Of a stretch of 64,000 bases of DNA, positions 19,257 to 28,989 are shown one piece after another (position 1 is the stretch's first letter; the number at the start of each line of letters is the position of its first letter). The stretch spans positions 1,538,778-1,602,777 of the forward strand of contig OZ242042.1 of NCBI GenBank assembly GCA_965204905.1. The letters run 5' to 3'. Source of the stretch: Dehalococcoidia bacterium. Its GTDB lineage: Bacteria > Chloroflexota > Dehalococcoidia > Lucifugimonadales > UBA3495. The position numbers and the translations under genes are program-made. Below the pieces are notes generated by a model. That model saw only the letters and a program-made list of their open reading frames with translations. It was not told where the DNA came from and did no database searches.

Positions 19257-21327
19257 CCAGTCACCGGCTGAACCCTCAGCCCCCCGTCATTCACACCTGG
19301 TGGAGGTCCATGGGGATTCCTGGGCAGATCCCTGGTACTGGCTCCGTGAGCAGGACGATCCGGCCACCATGGAATACCTGCGAGCCGAGAATGCCTTTAC
19401 CGATGCTTTTCTGGCGCCGCTTCAATCACTGCAGGACGGCATCTACGGCGAAATTCGCGGGCGCATCAAGGAAGACGACAACACCGTGCCGGAAAAAGAG
19501 GGGGATTACTACTACTACGTTCGCTACGAAGAAGGTGGGCAGTATCCCATCCATTGCCGCAAACGGGGCGGTGAGGACGGCCCGGAAGAAATACTGCTGG
19601 ACGTGAACAAATTGGCGGAGGGACACGACTATACCTTCCTGGGCTCCTTTGCCAACAGCCCCGACCACCGGTTGTTTGCCTACGGTGTGGATTTCGACGG
19701 CTCGGAGCAGTTCACCATCAGAGTGCTGGACCTGGAAACGGGAGAAACCCTGCCGGATACCATCCCGAACACCTACTACAGCCTGCAATGGGCTAACGAC
19801 AGCCGCACGTTTTACTACTCGGTGCTTGACGAACACCACCGCCCGGTGAGCATCTACCGGCATCGGCTGGGCGACGATCCGGCGGACGACGCGCTGATCT
19901 ATCACGAAGAAGACGCCCGGTTTTTTGTGGGAGTTGACAAGTCCAACAGCCAGCGGTTCATTTACGTGGTCGCCGGGGGCAACAATATGTCCGAGTGGCG
20001 GTTCCTGGACGCCAACGACCCGGACGCTGCGCCGACGCTGATTGAGCCGCGGGCCACCGATTTCGAGTACGACGTAGTGGATCACGACGAGCGCTTTTTC
20101 ATCCGTCACAACGGCAATGGGGCGCGGGACTTTATGCTGTCCACAACCCCCGTAACCACGCCAGCCTGGGAGCATTGGACGGAATTCATGGGCCACGAAC
20201 TGGGCCGCCCGCTGCGTGGTGTCCAATCCTATCGGGAACACCTGGTGGTAAGTTGCCGCCGCGATGGGCTGCCCCAGGTCCTGGTGTTGCGTCTCTCCGA
20301 CGGCGAGGCTCACTATATCGCCGGAGTGGACGAGGACGACTTCGCCATGTCGCCCCGGCGCGGGTGGGAGTTCGATACCACCTCGCTGCGTTTTTCCTAC
20401 ACATCAATGAAAACGCCGGCATCCGTGTACGACTACGACATGGAAACGCAGGAGCGGATACTGCGCAAGCAGCAGGAAATACCGTCAGGCTACGACGGGG
20501 AAGAATACGAGACCCGGCGCATCTGGGCCACGGCCCGGGATGGCATGGCGGTTCCTATCAGCCTGCTGATGCGCCGGGGTACGGCAATTGATGGAACTGC
20601 GCCGCTGTACCTCTACGGATACGGGAGTTACGGGTTGAACATGGAGGCCAGTTTCAGCGTGTCCGCGCTGAGCCTCGTGAACCGGGGTTTTATCTTCGCC
20701 ATCGCCCACATCCGGGGCGGCATGGAAATGGGTTGGGACTGGTACGAGAACGGAAAGCTGCTGAACAAGCGCAACACCTTCAACGACTTCATCGACTGCG
20801 CGGATTACCTGATCGCAGAGGGCTACACCTCTGCCGGGAGAATCGCCGCCGCCGGCGGGAGCGCGGGCGGGATGTTGATGGGCGCGGTGGTCAACGAGCG
20901 GCCGGATCTTTTCGGCTGCGTGGTCGCCCACGTTCCATTTGTGGACGTGCTGAACACCATGCTGGACGACACTCTGCCGCTGACCACGATGGAGTACAAC
21001 GAGTGGGGCAACCCCAACGATGCCGAATACTTCCGGTACATCCGCACTTACTCACCCTACGATAACGTTCGGGAGCAGGATTACCCTCCGATGCTGGTGA
21101 CGGGCGGCATCAGCGACCCGCGCGTGACCTACTGGGAGCCGGCCAAGTGGGTCGCCAAGCTGCGGGCGACGCGCACCGATGAGAACCCGCTGCTGCTGAA
21201 AATCCACATGGATTCCGGCCACGCGGGAGCCTCAGGACGGTTTGAGCGCATCAAGGAAGTGGCCGAGGAGTACGCCTTCGTGCTGAACGCCTTCGGGATG
21301 GTGGATGGTTCGACAGGCTCACCATGA
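19243..21327 (+). CDS. ptrB: Oligopeptidase B / protease II (S9A prolyl oligopeptidase family)
   Basis: ORF 19147..21327 trimmed to ATG 19243, preceded by AGGAGA. DPWYWLREQDDP...YLRAENAFT at the N-terminus and GGSAGGMLMG (nucleophile elbow) in the C-terminal catalytic domain. Confidence 0.92.
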   Translation: MQTPDQSPAEPSAPRHSHLVEVHGDSWADPWYWLREQDDPATMEYLRAENAFTDAFLAPLQSLQDGIYGEIRGRIKEDDNTVPEKEGDYYYYVRYEEGGQYPIHCRKRGGEDGPEEILLDVNKLAEGHDYTFLGSFANSPDHRLFAYGVDFDGSEQFTIRVLDLETGETLPDTIPNTYYSLQWANDSRTFYYSVLDEHHRPVSIYRHRLGDDPADDALIYHEEDARFFVGVDKSNSQRFIYVVAGGNNMSEWRFLDANDPDAAPTLIEPRATDFEYDVVDHDERFFIRHNGNGARDFMLSTTPVTTPAWEHWTEFMGHELGRPLRGVQSYREHLVVSCRRDGLPQVLVLRLSDGEAHYIAGVDEDDFAMSPRRGWEFDTTSLRFSYTSMKTPASVYDYDMETQERILRKQQEIPSGYDGEEYETRRIWATARDGMAVPISLLMRRGTAIDGTAPLYLYGYGSYGLNMEASFSVSALSLVNRGFIFAIAHIRGGMEMGWDWYENGKLLNKRNTFNDFIDCADYLIAEGYTSAGRIAAAGGSAGGMLMGAVVNERPDLFGCVVAHVPFVDVLNTMLDDTLPLTTMEYNEWGNPNDAEYFRYIRTYSPYDNVREQDYPPMLVTGGISDPRVTYWEPAKWVAKLRATRTDENPLLLKIHMDSGHAGASGRFERIKEVAEEYAFVLNAFGMVDGSTGSP

Positions 21328-21346
21328 GCGGATTTTTCCTATCGCT

Positions 21347-21369
21347 CATCCTGAGTCCGTCGAAGGATG
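21347..21369. repeat. Hairpin CATCCT-gagtccgtcga-AGGATG between convergent ptrB and the amidohydrolase gene
   Basis: Read directly. Lies in the 43-nt gap between the two stops and probably acts as a bidirectional terminator. Resembles a short repeat class common in GC-rich genomes; only one copy in this window. Confidence 0.5.
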
Positions 21370-21370
21370 C

Positions 21371-22171
21371 TTACAACCCAATAAACCGACGGGCGTTTTC
21401 GCCCAGGATCCCCTCCACCTGGCCTGAAGTGAGGGGCAGCGAAGCGAGGTAGTCGGACTCGCTGCCCATGTCCACCAGCGGGTAGTCGGTGCCGAAGCAG
21501 ACCTTGTGTGCGCCGTGCTTGCCGATGATGGCAGTGAGGGTTTCGGCGGTGAGTTCCCGGATGGACGGCGGCCAGGTGGTGTCCACCAGCACGTTTTCGT
21601 GACCCATCAGCGCGCGCTCGGCCTCGTCCAGCATGTAGAACCCGCCCAGGTGCAGGGCGATCACCTTGAGTTTCGGGAACCGGTGGACGACGTTGGCGAT
21701 GCGCTCCGGCGCGGCGTACAGCGGGGCATCCGACCCCTGGTGCGGCAACCGGCCGGCGTGGATGGCGAGAGTCATGTCGTCGCCCAACTCCTCATAGACC
21801 GGGAACCACTGCGGATCGTCGGGATAGAAACCGTTGATTACCGGGTGCATCTTGATGCCCTTGACGCCGTGCTCGCGCAGATGGCGGATTTCACCCGCCT
21901 TGTCGGCCAGGTCGGGGTGAACTGCTCCAAAGGGGACCAGGTTGTCGTCGGCTATGGAGATCAGCCAGTCGTTGGCGCGCCGTACCTGGTCGGCGCGCGC
22001 TGCCACGCCCAGGACGATGGACTTGTCCACGCCGGCGTCGGACATGTGCGCTTTGATGCCGGCGACGGTGTTGGCCGCGATGGGGGTAAAACCCAGGTCG
22101 GCCTCCATATTTTCGGCGACGGCATCGGCGATGCGGTCGGGCCAGACGTGGGTGTGAACGTCAACGCGCAT
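21371..22171 (-). CDS. Amidohydrolase family protein (metal-dependent TIM-barrel hydrolase, amidohydrolase_2-like)
   Basis: ORF track 266 aa. MRVDVHTHVWP (HxH metal motif) ...IKMHP...IHAG...FGTDYP. Confidence 0.88.
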   Translation of the reverse strand: MRVDVHTHVWPDRIADAVAENMEADLGFTPIAANTVAGIKAHMSDAGVDKSIVLGVAARADQVRRANDWLISIADDNLVPFGAVHPDLADKAGEIRHLREHGVKGIKMHPVINGFYPDDPQWFPVYEELGDDMTLAIHAGRLPHQGSDAPLYAAPERIANVVHRFPKLKVIALHLGGFYMLDEAERALMGHENVLVDTTWPPSIRELTAETLTAIIGKHGAHKVCFGTDYPLVDMGSESDYLASLPLTSGQVEGILGENARRFIGL

Positions 22172-22189
22172 GGATGGATACCTCTTTTC

Positions 22190-22216
22190 TGGATTCCCGC
22201 TTTCGCGGGAATGACG
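22190..22216. repeat. REP-like element GGATTCCCGCTTTCGCGGGAATGACGG (copy 1)
   Basis: Hairpin ATTCCCGC-tttc-GCGGGAAT. The identical 27-mer occurs at 27706-27732 and a reverse-oriented variant at 42933-42957. Intergenic. Confidence 0.85.
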
Positions 22217-22299
22217 GTAGTAGTGCGGGAACGACGATTGAAGCGTCAGCAGGCGTGCTATTATATTTGACGATAATTCTAACCGAATCGCGGTGTTTG

Positions 22300-23319
22300 A
22301 TGATTCGTGAAGCCATATCAGCGGCGGCGGCCGGCGAGTCCCTTTCCATGAACGATGCCATCGAGGTGATGCGCGAAGTCATGGAGGGTGAAGCCACGCC
22401 GGCGCAGCTGGGATCCTATCTGACCGCGCTGGCGCTCAAAGGCGAAACGCCGGAGGAAATCGCCGGTTTCGCCACCGTGATGCGGGAAAAATCGCTGCGG
22501 GTGGATCCCGGCGGAACCGCTATTGACACATGCGGAACCGGCGGCGACCGCAAGGGTACGTTCAATATATCCACCGCCGCGGCATTCGTGGTGGCCGGCG
22601 CGGGTCTGACCGTTGCCAAGCACGGCAACCGGGCTGCGTCCGGCGATTGCGGCAGCGCCGACGTGCTGGAAGCGCTGGGCGTCCAGATCGAACTGCCGCC
22701 GGAAGGGGTGGAGCGGTGCCTGCGGGAAATCGGCATCGGGTTCATGTTCGCGCCGGCCTATCACCCCGCCATGCGCTACGCCGCGCCGGTGCGTCGGGAA
22801 ATTGGTATCCGCACCGTGTTCAACGTTTTGGGGCCCATCACCAACCCGGCCGGCGTGTCGTGCCAATTGATCGGCGTGGGTTACCCGGAGGTAGGGGAAA
22901 AGATGGCGGAGGCTTTGCGGCTGTTCGGCACGCATCACGCGATCATCGTGCATAGCGACGACGGGATGGATGAGATCTCCCTGGGCAGCGACACCAACGG
23001 CTGGGAGGTGCTGGACGGCACTATCCGGCCCTACGTAGTGCAGCCTGGCCGCCTGGGTTTACCTGCCGCCACGCCCGACGACCTGCGCGGCGGCGACCCG
23101 GCTGCCAACGCGGCCACCATGCGCAGCGTTCTGGCTGGGGCGACCGGGCCGGTTAGCGACGCCGTGGTGCTGAACAGCGCGGCGGCGTTGGTGGCAGGCG
23201 ATATGGCCGGCACGCTTGCGGAAGGCATCGAACTTGCCAGGGCGTCAATCACCAATGGCAGGGCCACTGAAAAGCTGGACGCCATGGTTTCGCTGACACA
23301 ACAGTTGAGGACGGAATAA
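22300..23319 (+). CDS. trpD: Anthranilate phosphoribosyltransferase
   Basis: ORF 22174..23319 trimmed to ATG 22300, because the upstream part translates the REP element. DTCGTGGDRKGTFNISTAAAFVVAGAG and KHGNRA motifs. Confidence 0.93.
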   Translation: MIREAISAAAAGESLSMNDAIEVMREVMEGEATPAQLGSYLTALALKGETPEEIAGFATVMREKSLRVDPGGTAIDTCGTGGDRKGTFNISTAAAFVVAGAGLTVAKHGNRAASGDCGSADVLEALGVQIELPPEGVERCLREIGIGFMFAPAYHPAMRYAAPVRREIGIRTVFNVLGPITNPAGVSCQLIGVGYPEVGEKMAEALRLFGTHHAIIVHSDDGMDEISLGSDTNGWEVLDGTIRPYVVQPGRLGLPAATPDDLRGGDPAANAATMRSVLAGATGPVSDAVVLNSAAALVAGDMAGTLAEGIELARASITNGRATEKLDAMVSLTQQLRTE

Positions 23320-23320
23320 A

Positions 23321-24127
23321 ATGCCGGCAAGCATCCTTGACCGAATCGTTGCGAAGAAGCGCGAAGAACTTGCGGCTGCGATGTCTGCTGAGCCGTTGAG
23401 CGCCTTGCAGGAGCGGATTGCGAGCCGGCCGGCCGCGCTGGATTTCTCCGGTGCGCTGCGTGGGGAAGGCATCAGCCTGATTGCGGAGGTCAAGAAAGCG
23501 TCTCCGTCAAAGGGTTTGCTGCGGGAAGATTTCCAGCCTACCGAACTGGCCGCGACCTACGCGCAAAACGGGGCCGCGGCGGTTTCGGTCATTACCGACG
23601 GGCACTTCCTGGGCGAGCCGGGGCACCTTATGGCGGTGAAAGAGAGCGGCGCTTCGGGCGACGCGCCGGTGCTGCGCAAGGACTTTCTGTTTGATCCCTA
23701 CCAGGTGTATGAGGCAAGGGCCATTGGCGCGGATACCTACCTGCTGATTGTTGACATTCTTTCTCCCGCGCAATTGTCCGAGTTGATTGACGTGGGCCGG
23801 GTGTTGGGCATGACCCCGTTGGTGGAAACGCACGACGCCGATGAGATTGCTACAGCGGTTGGCGCCGGGGCCGAGGTCATCGGCATCAACAACCGGGATC
23901 TGCACACGTTCGTGACGGATTTGGCCACCACCGAGTCGCTGGCTCCGCTGATTCCGACGGACAAGGTGATCGTGAGCGAGAGCGGAATCAGCACGCCCGA
24001 CGACCTGCTGAGGCTGCAACCCTATGGGGTCAACGCGGCGCTGGTCGGCGAGGCGCTGGTAACCGCCGACGATACCGCCGCCAAGGTCCGTTCGTTAACC
24101 GGCGCGCCCGTGCTGGCTGCGCGCTGA
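23321..24127 (+). CDS. trpC: Indole-3-glycerol-phosphate synthase
   Basis: ORF track 268 aa. LIAEVKKASPSKG, LRKDF and INNRDL motifs. Starts 1 nt after the trpD stop. Confidence 0.93.
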   Translation: MPASILDRIVAKKREELAAAMSAEPLSALQERIASRPAALDFSGALRGEGISLIAEVKKASPSKGLLREDFQPTELAATYAQNGAAAVSVITDGHFLGEPGHLMAVKESGASGDAPVLRKDFLFDPYQVYEARAIGADTYLLIVDILSPAQLSELIDVGRVLGMTPLVETHDADEIATAVGAGAEVIGINNRDLHTFVTDLATTESLAPLIPTDKVIVSESGISTPDDLLRLQPYGVNAALVGEALVTADDTAAKVRSLTGAPVLAAR

Positions 24128-24132
24128 CGCCA

Positions 24133-24789
24133 ATGCCGGTATCGACGGTAAAAATCTGCGGCGTGCGCCGGCCGGAGGATGCGCTGGTGGTCGCGGAAGC
24201 CGGAGCGGACTACCTCGGCATGGTATTCGTGCCCGGGCGGCGAAGGCGTGTTGACCCGGCGGCGGCCCGAGTGATTACCGACGGCCTGCATGCTTTGGGT
24301 GCGGGCGCGCCCCAAGCGGTTGGGCTGTTCGGCGATCAACCGTTGGAGGAAGCGCTGGATACCATCGCCGGCGCCGGCCTGGACTGGGTGCAACTGTGCG
24401 GCGACGAGTCGCCGGAATACTGCGGGAAGGTCCAGGAGCGCGCCGGCGTCATCAAGGTTTTGCACGTTGCGGACGACGCCGAAATTGACGGGATAGTTGA
24501 GCTGATCGATACCTACGCCGCCGCCGGCTGCACCATTACGCTGGACAGCCACGTAACCGGATTGCACGGGGGTACGGGCCAGTCCTTTGACTGGAGTATC
24601 GCCGCCAAGTTGGCCGAGAGCGGACGACAGTTCCTGCTCGCCGGCGGGCTGACTCCGGAGAACGTGGCTGAAGCAGCAGCCCAAGTGAACCCCTGGGGCG
24701 TGGACGTTTCCAGCGGGGTAGAAACCGACGGCGCGCAAGACCACGCGAAAATCAGGCAATTCATCGCTAATGCTCGCAGTGGCAGTTGA
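24133..24789 (+). CDS. trpF: Phosphoribosylanthranilate isomerase
   Basis: ORF track 218 aa. VKICGVRRPEDA...GADYLGMVF...LAGGLTPENV. Confidence 0.9.
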   Translation: MPVSTVKICGVRRPEDALVVAEAGADYLGMVFVPGRRRRVDPAAARVITDGLHALGAGAPQAVGLFGDQPLEEALDTIAGAGLDWVQLCGDESPEYCGKVQERAGVIKVLHVADDAEIDGIVELIDTYAAAGCTITLDSHVTGLHGGTGQSFDWSIAAKLAESGRQFLLAGGLTPENVAEAAAQVNPWGVDVSSGVETDGAQDHAKIRQFIANARSGS

Positions 24790-24810
24790 TCGACAGCAGT
24801 GGAGTCCACC

Positions 24811-26019
24811 ATGGTAGTAACCACCCAGACTAACCTCCCGGACGAACGGGGCCGCTTCGGAGATTTCGGCGGGAAATTCGTTCCCGAAACGGTGATGGCA
24901 GCACTCACCGAGCTGGAAACGGCCTACCGCGCCGCCCAGGACGACGCCGGTTTCGCGGAACAACTTGACCATCTGATGCGCAACTACGCCGGCCGCCCCA
25001 CCGCGCTGTACTACGCAGAGAACCTGACCCGGCATTGCGGCGGCGCGCGCATCTACCTGAAGCGGGAAGACCTGGCGCACACTGGAGCGCACAAGATCAA
25101 CAACGCGCTGGGCCAGTGCCTGCTGGCGCAGCGGATGGGCAAGCAGCGCATCATCGCGGAAACCGGCGCCGGACAGCACGGTGTAGCCACCGCAACCGTG
25201 TGCGCCATGCTGGGTTTGCAGTGCATCGTCTATATGGGGGTTGAGGACACCGTGCGGCAGGCGCTGAACGTGTACCGGATGCGCCTGCTGGGGGCGGAGG
25301 TCATCGGCGTGGAATCCGGCACGCGAACGCTGAAGGACGCCATCAACGAGGCCATCCGCGACTGGGTTACGAATGTGGAGAACACCCACTACCTGATTGG
25401 CAGCGTGGTTGGGCCGCATCCGTATCCCATGCTGGTGCGGGACTTCCAGTCGGTAATCGGACGCGAAGCCCGGCAACAGATCCTGGAAGTAGAGGGACGC
25501 CTGCCCGACGCAGTAGCCGCCTGCGTTGGCGGCGGCAGCAACGCCATCGGCATGTTCTATGAGTTCATCGGCGATGAGGATGTCCGGTTGGTGGGCGTGG
25601 AAGCGGCGGGCGAAGGGGTGGAAACCGGCCGGCATTCGGCCACCTTGTCAGCCGGGCGACCCGGCGTACTGCACGGTTCCATGTCCTACCTGCTGCAGGA
25701 CGAGCACGGTCAGATTCAGGAAGCGCACAGCATATCGGCCGGTCTGGATTACCCTGGTGTTGGCCCGGAGCACAGTTGGCTGAAAGCGACCGGCCGCGCC
25801 GAATACCTGGCCGTTACCGACGATGAGGCGCTGGAAGGGTTCCGACTGCTCTGTCAAACCGAGGGAATCATCCCCGCGTTGGAATCCGCTCACGCCATCT
25901 ATCATGTCAGCCGGATGGCGGCGGATCTGTCGTCAGACAACATAATCGTGGTGTGTCTCAGCGGGCGCGGCGATAAAGACGTCCCATCTATAGCCGAACG
26001 GGAAGGTATCGGGGTTTAG
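24811..26019 (+). CDS. trpB: Tryptophan synthase beta chain
   Basis: ORF 24799..26019 (GTG) trimmed to ATG 24811. [22 protein letters not shown] (PLP lysine) and GGGSNAIG motifs. Confidence 0.95.
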   Translation: MVVTTQTNLPDERGRFGDFGGKFVPETVMAALTELETAYRAAQDDAGFAEQLDHLMRNYAGRPTALYYAENLTRHCGGARIYLKREDLAHTGAHKINNALGQCLLAQRMGKQRIIAETGAGQHGVATATVCAMLGLQCIVYMGVEDTVRQALNVYRMRLLGAEVIGVESGTRTLKDAINEAIRDWVTNVENTHYLIGSVVGPHPYPMLVRDFQSVIGREARQQILEVEGRLPDAVAACVGGGSNAIGMFYEFIGDEDVRLVGVEAAGEGVETGRHSATLSAGRPGVLHGSMSYLLQDEHGQIQEAHSISAGLDYPGVGPEHSWLKATGRAEYLAVTDDEALEGFRLLCQTEGIIPALESAHAIYHVSRMAADLSSDNIIVVCLSGRGDKDVPSIAEREGIGV

Positions 26020-26024
26020 AAACG

Positions 26025-26807
26025 TTGCGAGCCGGGTTGATTGTTGCCTTGGCACTGATTCTGGCGGCGATATTTTTGACGCTGGGGTGCGACTCCGGCG
26101 TCAAAGCCGTAAAAACAGCTGGCCGGGTTGCCGATGACATATCCCGCGTGGCCGACGTTGAATCATCGCCGTCGGGCGAAAGTTCCGCTTCCATCATTCC
26201 CCTGCCGTCCGACGTGCAAGCGGTAGTTGCCATTCTGGACGAGTTGCCGATTGCTGAGCGGGGCAGCGAAATCGACTACGACCGGGACGATTGGCGGCAT
26301 TGGGTGGACTCCGACCGGGATTGCCAGAACACGCGGGCCGAGGTACTCATCACGGAAAGCGTCGCCCCGGTATCCTTTGCGCCCAACGACGACAACGAGA
26401 AATGTCGCGTTATCGGCGGCCAATGGCTCGGACCATGGAGCGGCCAGGTGTTCACCGACGCAGAAGACGTGGACATTGACCATCACGTGCCGCTGGGCCA
26501 CGCACACGAGTCCGGCGGCTGGGATTGGGATAAGGAGCGTAAACGCGCCTATGCCAACGACCTGAGTCATCCTGCCAGCCTGCAAGTTACCGAAGCATCA
26601 GTGAACCGCTCCAAAGGCAAGCAGCCGCCCGACGAATGGCGACCTGAGGAAAACGCCGGGTGGTGTCGTTACGCTTCCGATTGGGTGTCGGTCAAGGAAC
26701 AGTGGGAGCTAACCGTTAGCCGGGCCGAGGTGGAAGCCTTGAAAGAGATGTTGGACACGTGTGATGACAAAGGTTCGTGGGGGCTGGCGGGAGCGCGACC
26801 GGAATAG
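26025..26807 (+). CDS. Secreted lipoprotein with HNH-type nuclease domain (DUF1524 family)
   Basis: ORF track 260 aa with a TTG start 5 nt after the trpB stop. Lipobox LTLGC after a hydrophobic N-terminus. YDRDDWRHWVDSDRDCQNTRAEVL, IDHHVPLGHAHESGG and VNRSKGKQPPDEW match the actinobacterial-type secreted DUF1524 HNH proteins. Confidence 0.8.
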   Translation: MRAGLIVALALILAAIFLTLGCDSGVKAVKTAGRVADDISRVADVESSPSGESSASIIPLPSDVQAVVAILDELPIAERGSEIDYDRDDWRHWVDSDRDCQNTRAEVLITESVAPVSFAPNDDNEKCRVIGGQWLGPWSGQVFTDAEDVDIDHHVPLGHAHESGGWDWDKERKRAYANDLSHPASLQVTEASVNRSKGKQPPDEWRPEENAGWCRYASDWVSVKEQWELTVSRAEVEALKEMLDTCDDKGSWGLAGARPE

Positions 26808-26856
26808 CGCAGGCGGCCCTGTGCTATAATCCCCGTCGGTTATCGACACAATAGCG

Positions 26857-26886
26857 CCCGGATACCGTCACATTATCCGGGTTTTT
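26857..26886 (+). terminator. Rho-independent terminator CCCGGATA-ccgtcacat-TATCCGGG-TTTTT
   Basis: 8-bp stem followed by T5, 50 nt after the HNH lipoprotein stop and immediately before the SDR ribosome-binding site AAGGAGG (26889-26895). Confidence 0.7.
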
Positions 26887-26901
26887 ACAAGGAGGCGAGC
26901 G

Positions 26902-27699
26902 ATGGAGCTGGGATTGGATGGGAAGGTAGCAATCGTAACCGGCGGCAGTGAAGGCATTGGCAAAGCGGCTGCTTTGCGTATGGCCGGCGAGGGAGCGAAC
27001 GTCATCATCGTGGCGCGTCGGCAGGACGTTCTTGACGCCGCAGCTGACGAAATCCGTACTGCAACGGAGGGAGAGGTGCTGCCCCTATCCGCCGACGTCA
27101 CCGGTCGGGATACTGCGGCGCAAGTAGTCAATACCGCGGTCGAGAGATACGGACGTGTGGACATCCTGGTGAATAACGCCGGCGCCTCCATGGCCAAGGG
27201 GTTCGAGGACGTGAGCGATGACGACTGGGAGTTCGACTTCGAGCTCAAGGTGTGGGGCGCCGTCCGCCTGATCCGGGCGTCCATCCCCGAAATGCGCAAG
27301 GTTGGCGGTGGCCGCATCATCAACGTAACCAATCTCGGCGGACGCACGCCCGGCGCCAACTCGATGCCCACGTCCATCTCACGGGCCGCCGGCATTGCCA
27401 TCACCAAGGGCCTGTCCAAGGACCTGGCATCCGACAACATCCTGGTCAACACCGTTTGCATCGGCCTCATCAAGAGCGGCCAGCACCAGCGGCGGTACGA
27501 TGGGCGGATCACTAACGAGCCCGATTTGAACATGGACGATTTCTATGCCCAACTGGCCGCTGGGCGCGGCGTGCCGTTGGGTCGGGTTGGCGAAGGCGCC
27601 GAGGCCGGCGATGTCATCGCTTTCCTCGCCTCGGAACGCGCCAGCTATCTGACCGGCGTGGCCATCAACATCGATGGCGGTGCGTCGGCGGTAGTCTAG
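26902..27699 (+). CDS. SDR family oxidoreductase (short-chain dehydrogenase/reductase)
   Basis: ORF track 265 aa. VTGGSEGIGKA (TGxxxGIG) and NNAG motifs. Confidence 0.9.
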   Translation: MELGLDGKVAIVTGGSEGIGKAAALRMAGEGANVIIVARRQDVLDAAADEIRTATEGEVLPLSADVTGRDTAAQVVNTAVERYGRVDILVNNAGASMAKGFEDVSDDDWEFDFELKVWGAVRLIRASIPEMRKVGGGRIINVTNLGGRTPGANSMPTSISRAAGIAITKGLSKDLASDNILVNTVCIGLIKSGQHQRRYDGRITNEPDLNMDDFYAQLAAGRGVPLGRVGEGAEAGDVIAFLASERASYLTGVAINIDGGASAVV

Positions 27700-27705
27700 A
27701 CGTGT

Positions 27706-27751
27706 GGATTCCCGCTTTCGCGGGAATGACGGGGCTGTGTGGGAATGACGG
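27706..27751. repeat. REP-like element GGATTCCCGCTTTCGCGGGAATGACGG (copy 2) plus partial half-copy GGGAATGACGG
   Basis: 27706-27732 is identical to 22190-22216. A half-copy follows at 27741-27751. Confidence 0.85.
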
Positions 27752-27773
27752 AAATGAAATTACTTAACGCGAA

Positions 27774-28988
27774 GTGGAGAACACAGTGAGCGAGTCATAC
27801 TTTGATGAATTTGAAGCCCCGAACCGGCTGCTGCTGGGAGCGGGCCCGTGTACCGTCCATCCCAGAGTGCTGCGCGCCATGACCCAGCCCGTGGTGGGCC
27901 ACCTCGACCCGCTCTTTTTCCAGATTATGGATGACGTGTGTGAGATGCTCAGGCAAGTCTTCCACACCGAGAATTACGTTACCATGCCAATTTCGGCGAC
28001 CGGAACCGGAGCCATGGAAACGGCGTGCGTCAACATCCTGGAACGCGGCGACACGGCTATTGTCTGCCGCAATGGATACTTCGGCGTGCGGCTCGCCGAC
28101 ATCGCCGAGCGGTGCGGGGCCAACACGGTCATGGTCGATTCCCCGTGGGGAGAGCCGGCGGACCTTGAGGCTTTGGAGGATGCGCTTAAAGCCAACCCGG
28201 GAACCAAGATGGTGGGCCTGGTTCATGCTGAAACCTCGACCGGGGCAATCACTCCGTTGCAGGACGCCATTGACATGGCGCACCGTTACGGCGCGTTGGT
28301 GGTTGTCGATGCCGTTACGTCTTTGGGCAGCCATGAGGTACGTGTGGATGACTGGGACATCGACGTGTGCTACAGCGCCAGCCAGAAGTGCCTGGGAGCG
28401 CCTCCGGGATTGGCGCCCATCAGCTTTGGCGAGCGGGCCATGGACGCCATCAACAAGCGTTCCACCAGGGTCGAGAGCTTTTACTTCAACCTCCAGGGAG
28501 TTGCCGAGTACTGGAACGAAACCCAGCGTGTCTATCACCACACCAGCCCCATCACCATGACCTACGCCATGCGTGAATCGCTGCGCATGATGATGGAAGA
28601 GGGAATTGACCAGCGCCATGCCCGCCACGCCCATGTCGCCGCCGGTCTCCGAGCCGGACTTGCCGCAATGGGCTTGGAGTTGACCACTGCGAAGGACTAC
28701 CAGTTGAATCCCATCACCGTCGTCAAGTCCCCAGAGGGTATCGACGAGGCAGCGGTGCGTGGCCGACTGCTCAACGACTTCAATATCGAGGTCAGCGGCG
28801 GCCTCGGCGAGTTCCGCAACCGGGTCTGGCGCATCGGCATGATGGGCGAAGGAGCGCGGGAAAGCAACGTGCTGTCCGTGCTGTCCGCCCTGGAGATGAT
28901 CCTGGCCGACGCTGGCTACGAGGTTGCATTCGGGGCCAGCGTAGCTGCCGCCCAGCGGAGTTTCGCAAACAACGGCAGCTCCGGTTAG
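27774..28988 (+). CDS. Class V aminotransferase (alanine/serine-glyoxylate aminotransferase-like)
   Basis: ORF track 404 aa. LLLGAGPCTVHPRVLRAM...VHAETSTG...VDAVTSLG...YSASQKCLGAPPG (PLP lysine motif SxxK). The start is either GTG 27774 or GTG 27786. Confidence 0.88.
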   Translation: MENTVSESYFDEFEAPNRLLLGAGPCTVHPRVLRAMTQPVVGHLDPLFFQIMDDVCEMLRQVFHTENYVTMPISATGTGAMETACVNILERGDTAIVCRNGYFGVRLADIAERCGANTVMVDSPWGEPADLEALEDALKANPGTKMVGLVHAETSTGAITPLQDAIDMAHRYGALVVVDAVTSLGSHEVRVDDWDIDVCYSASQKCLGAPPGLAPISFGERAMDAINKRSTRVESFYFNLQGVAEYWNETQRVYHHTSPITMTYAMRESLRMMMEEGIDQRHARHAHVAAGLRAGLAAMGLELTTAKDYQLNPITVVKSPEGIDEAAVRGRLLNDFNIEVSGGLGEFRNRVWRIGMMGEGARESNVLSVLSALEMILADAGYEVAFGASVAAAQRSFANNGSSG

Positions 28989-28989
28989 A

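Noticed and set aside
22190-27751. Identical 27-mers at 22190 and 27706, considered as CRISPR repeats or as IS terminal inverted repeats
   Set aside because: Only two full copies are present, 5.5 kb apart and in the same orientation. Intact housekeeping trp genes lie between them. There are no cas or transposase genes. They fit REP-like dispersed hairpins better
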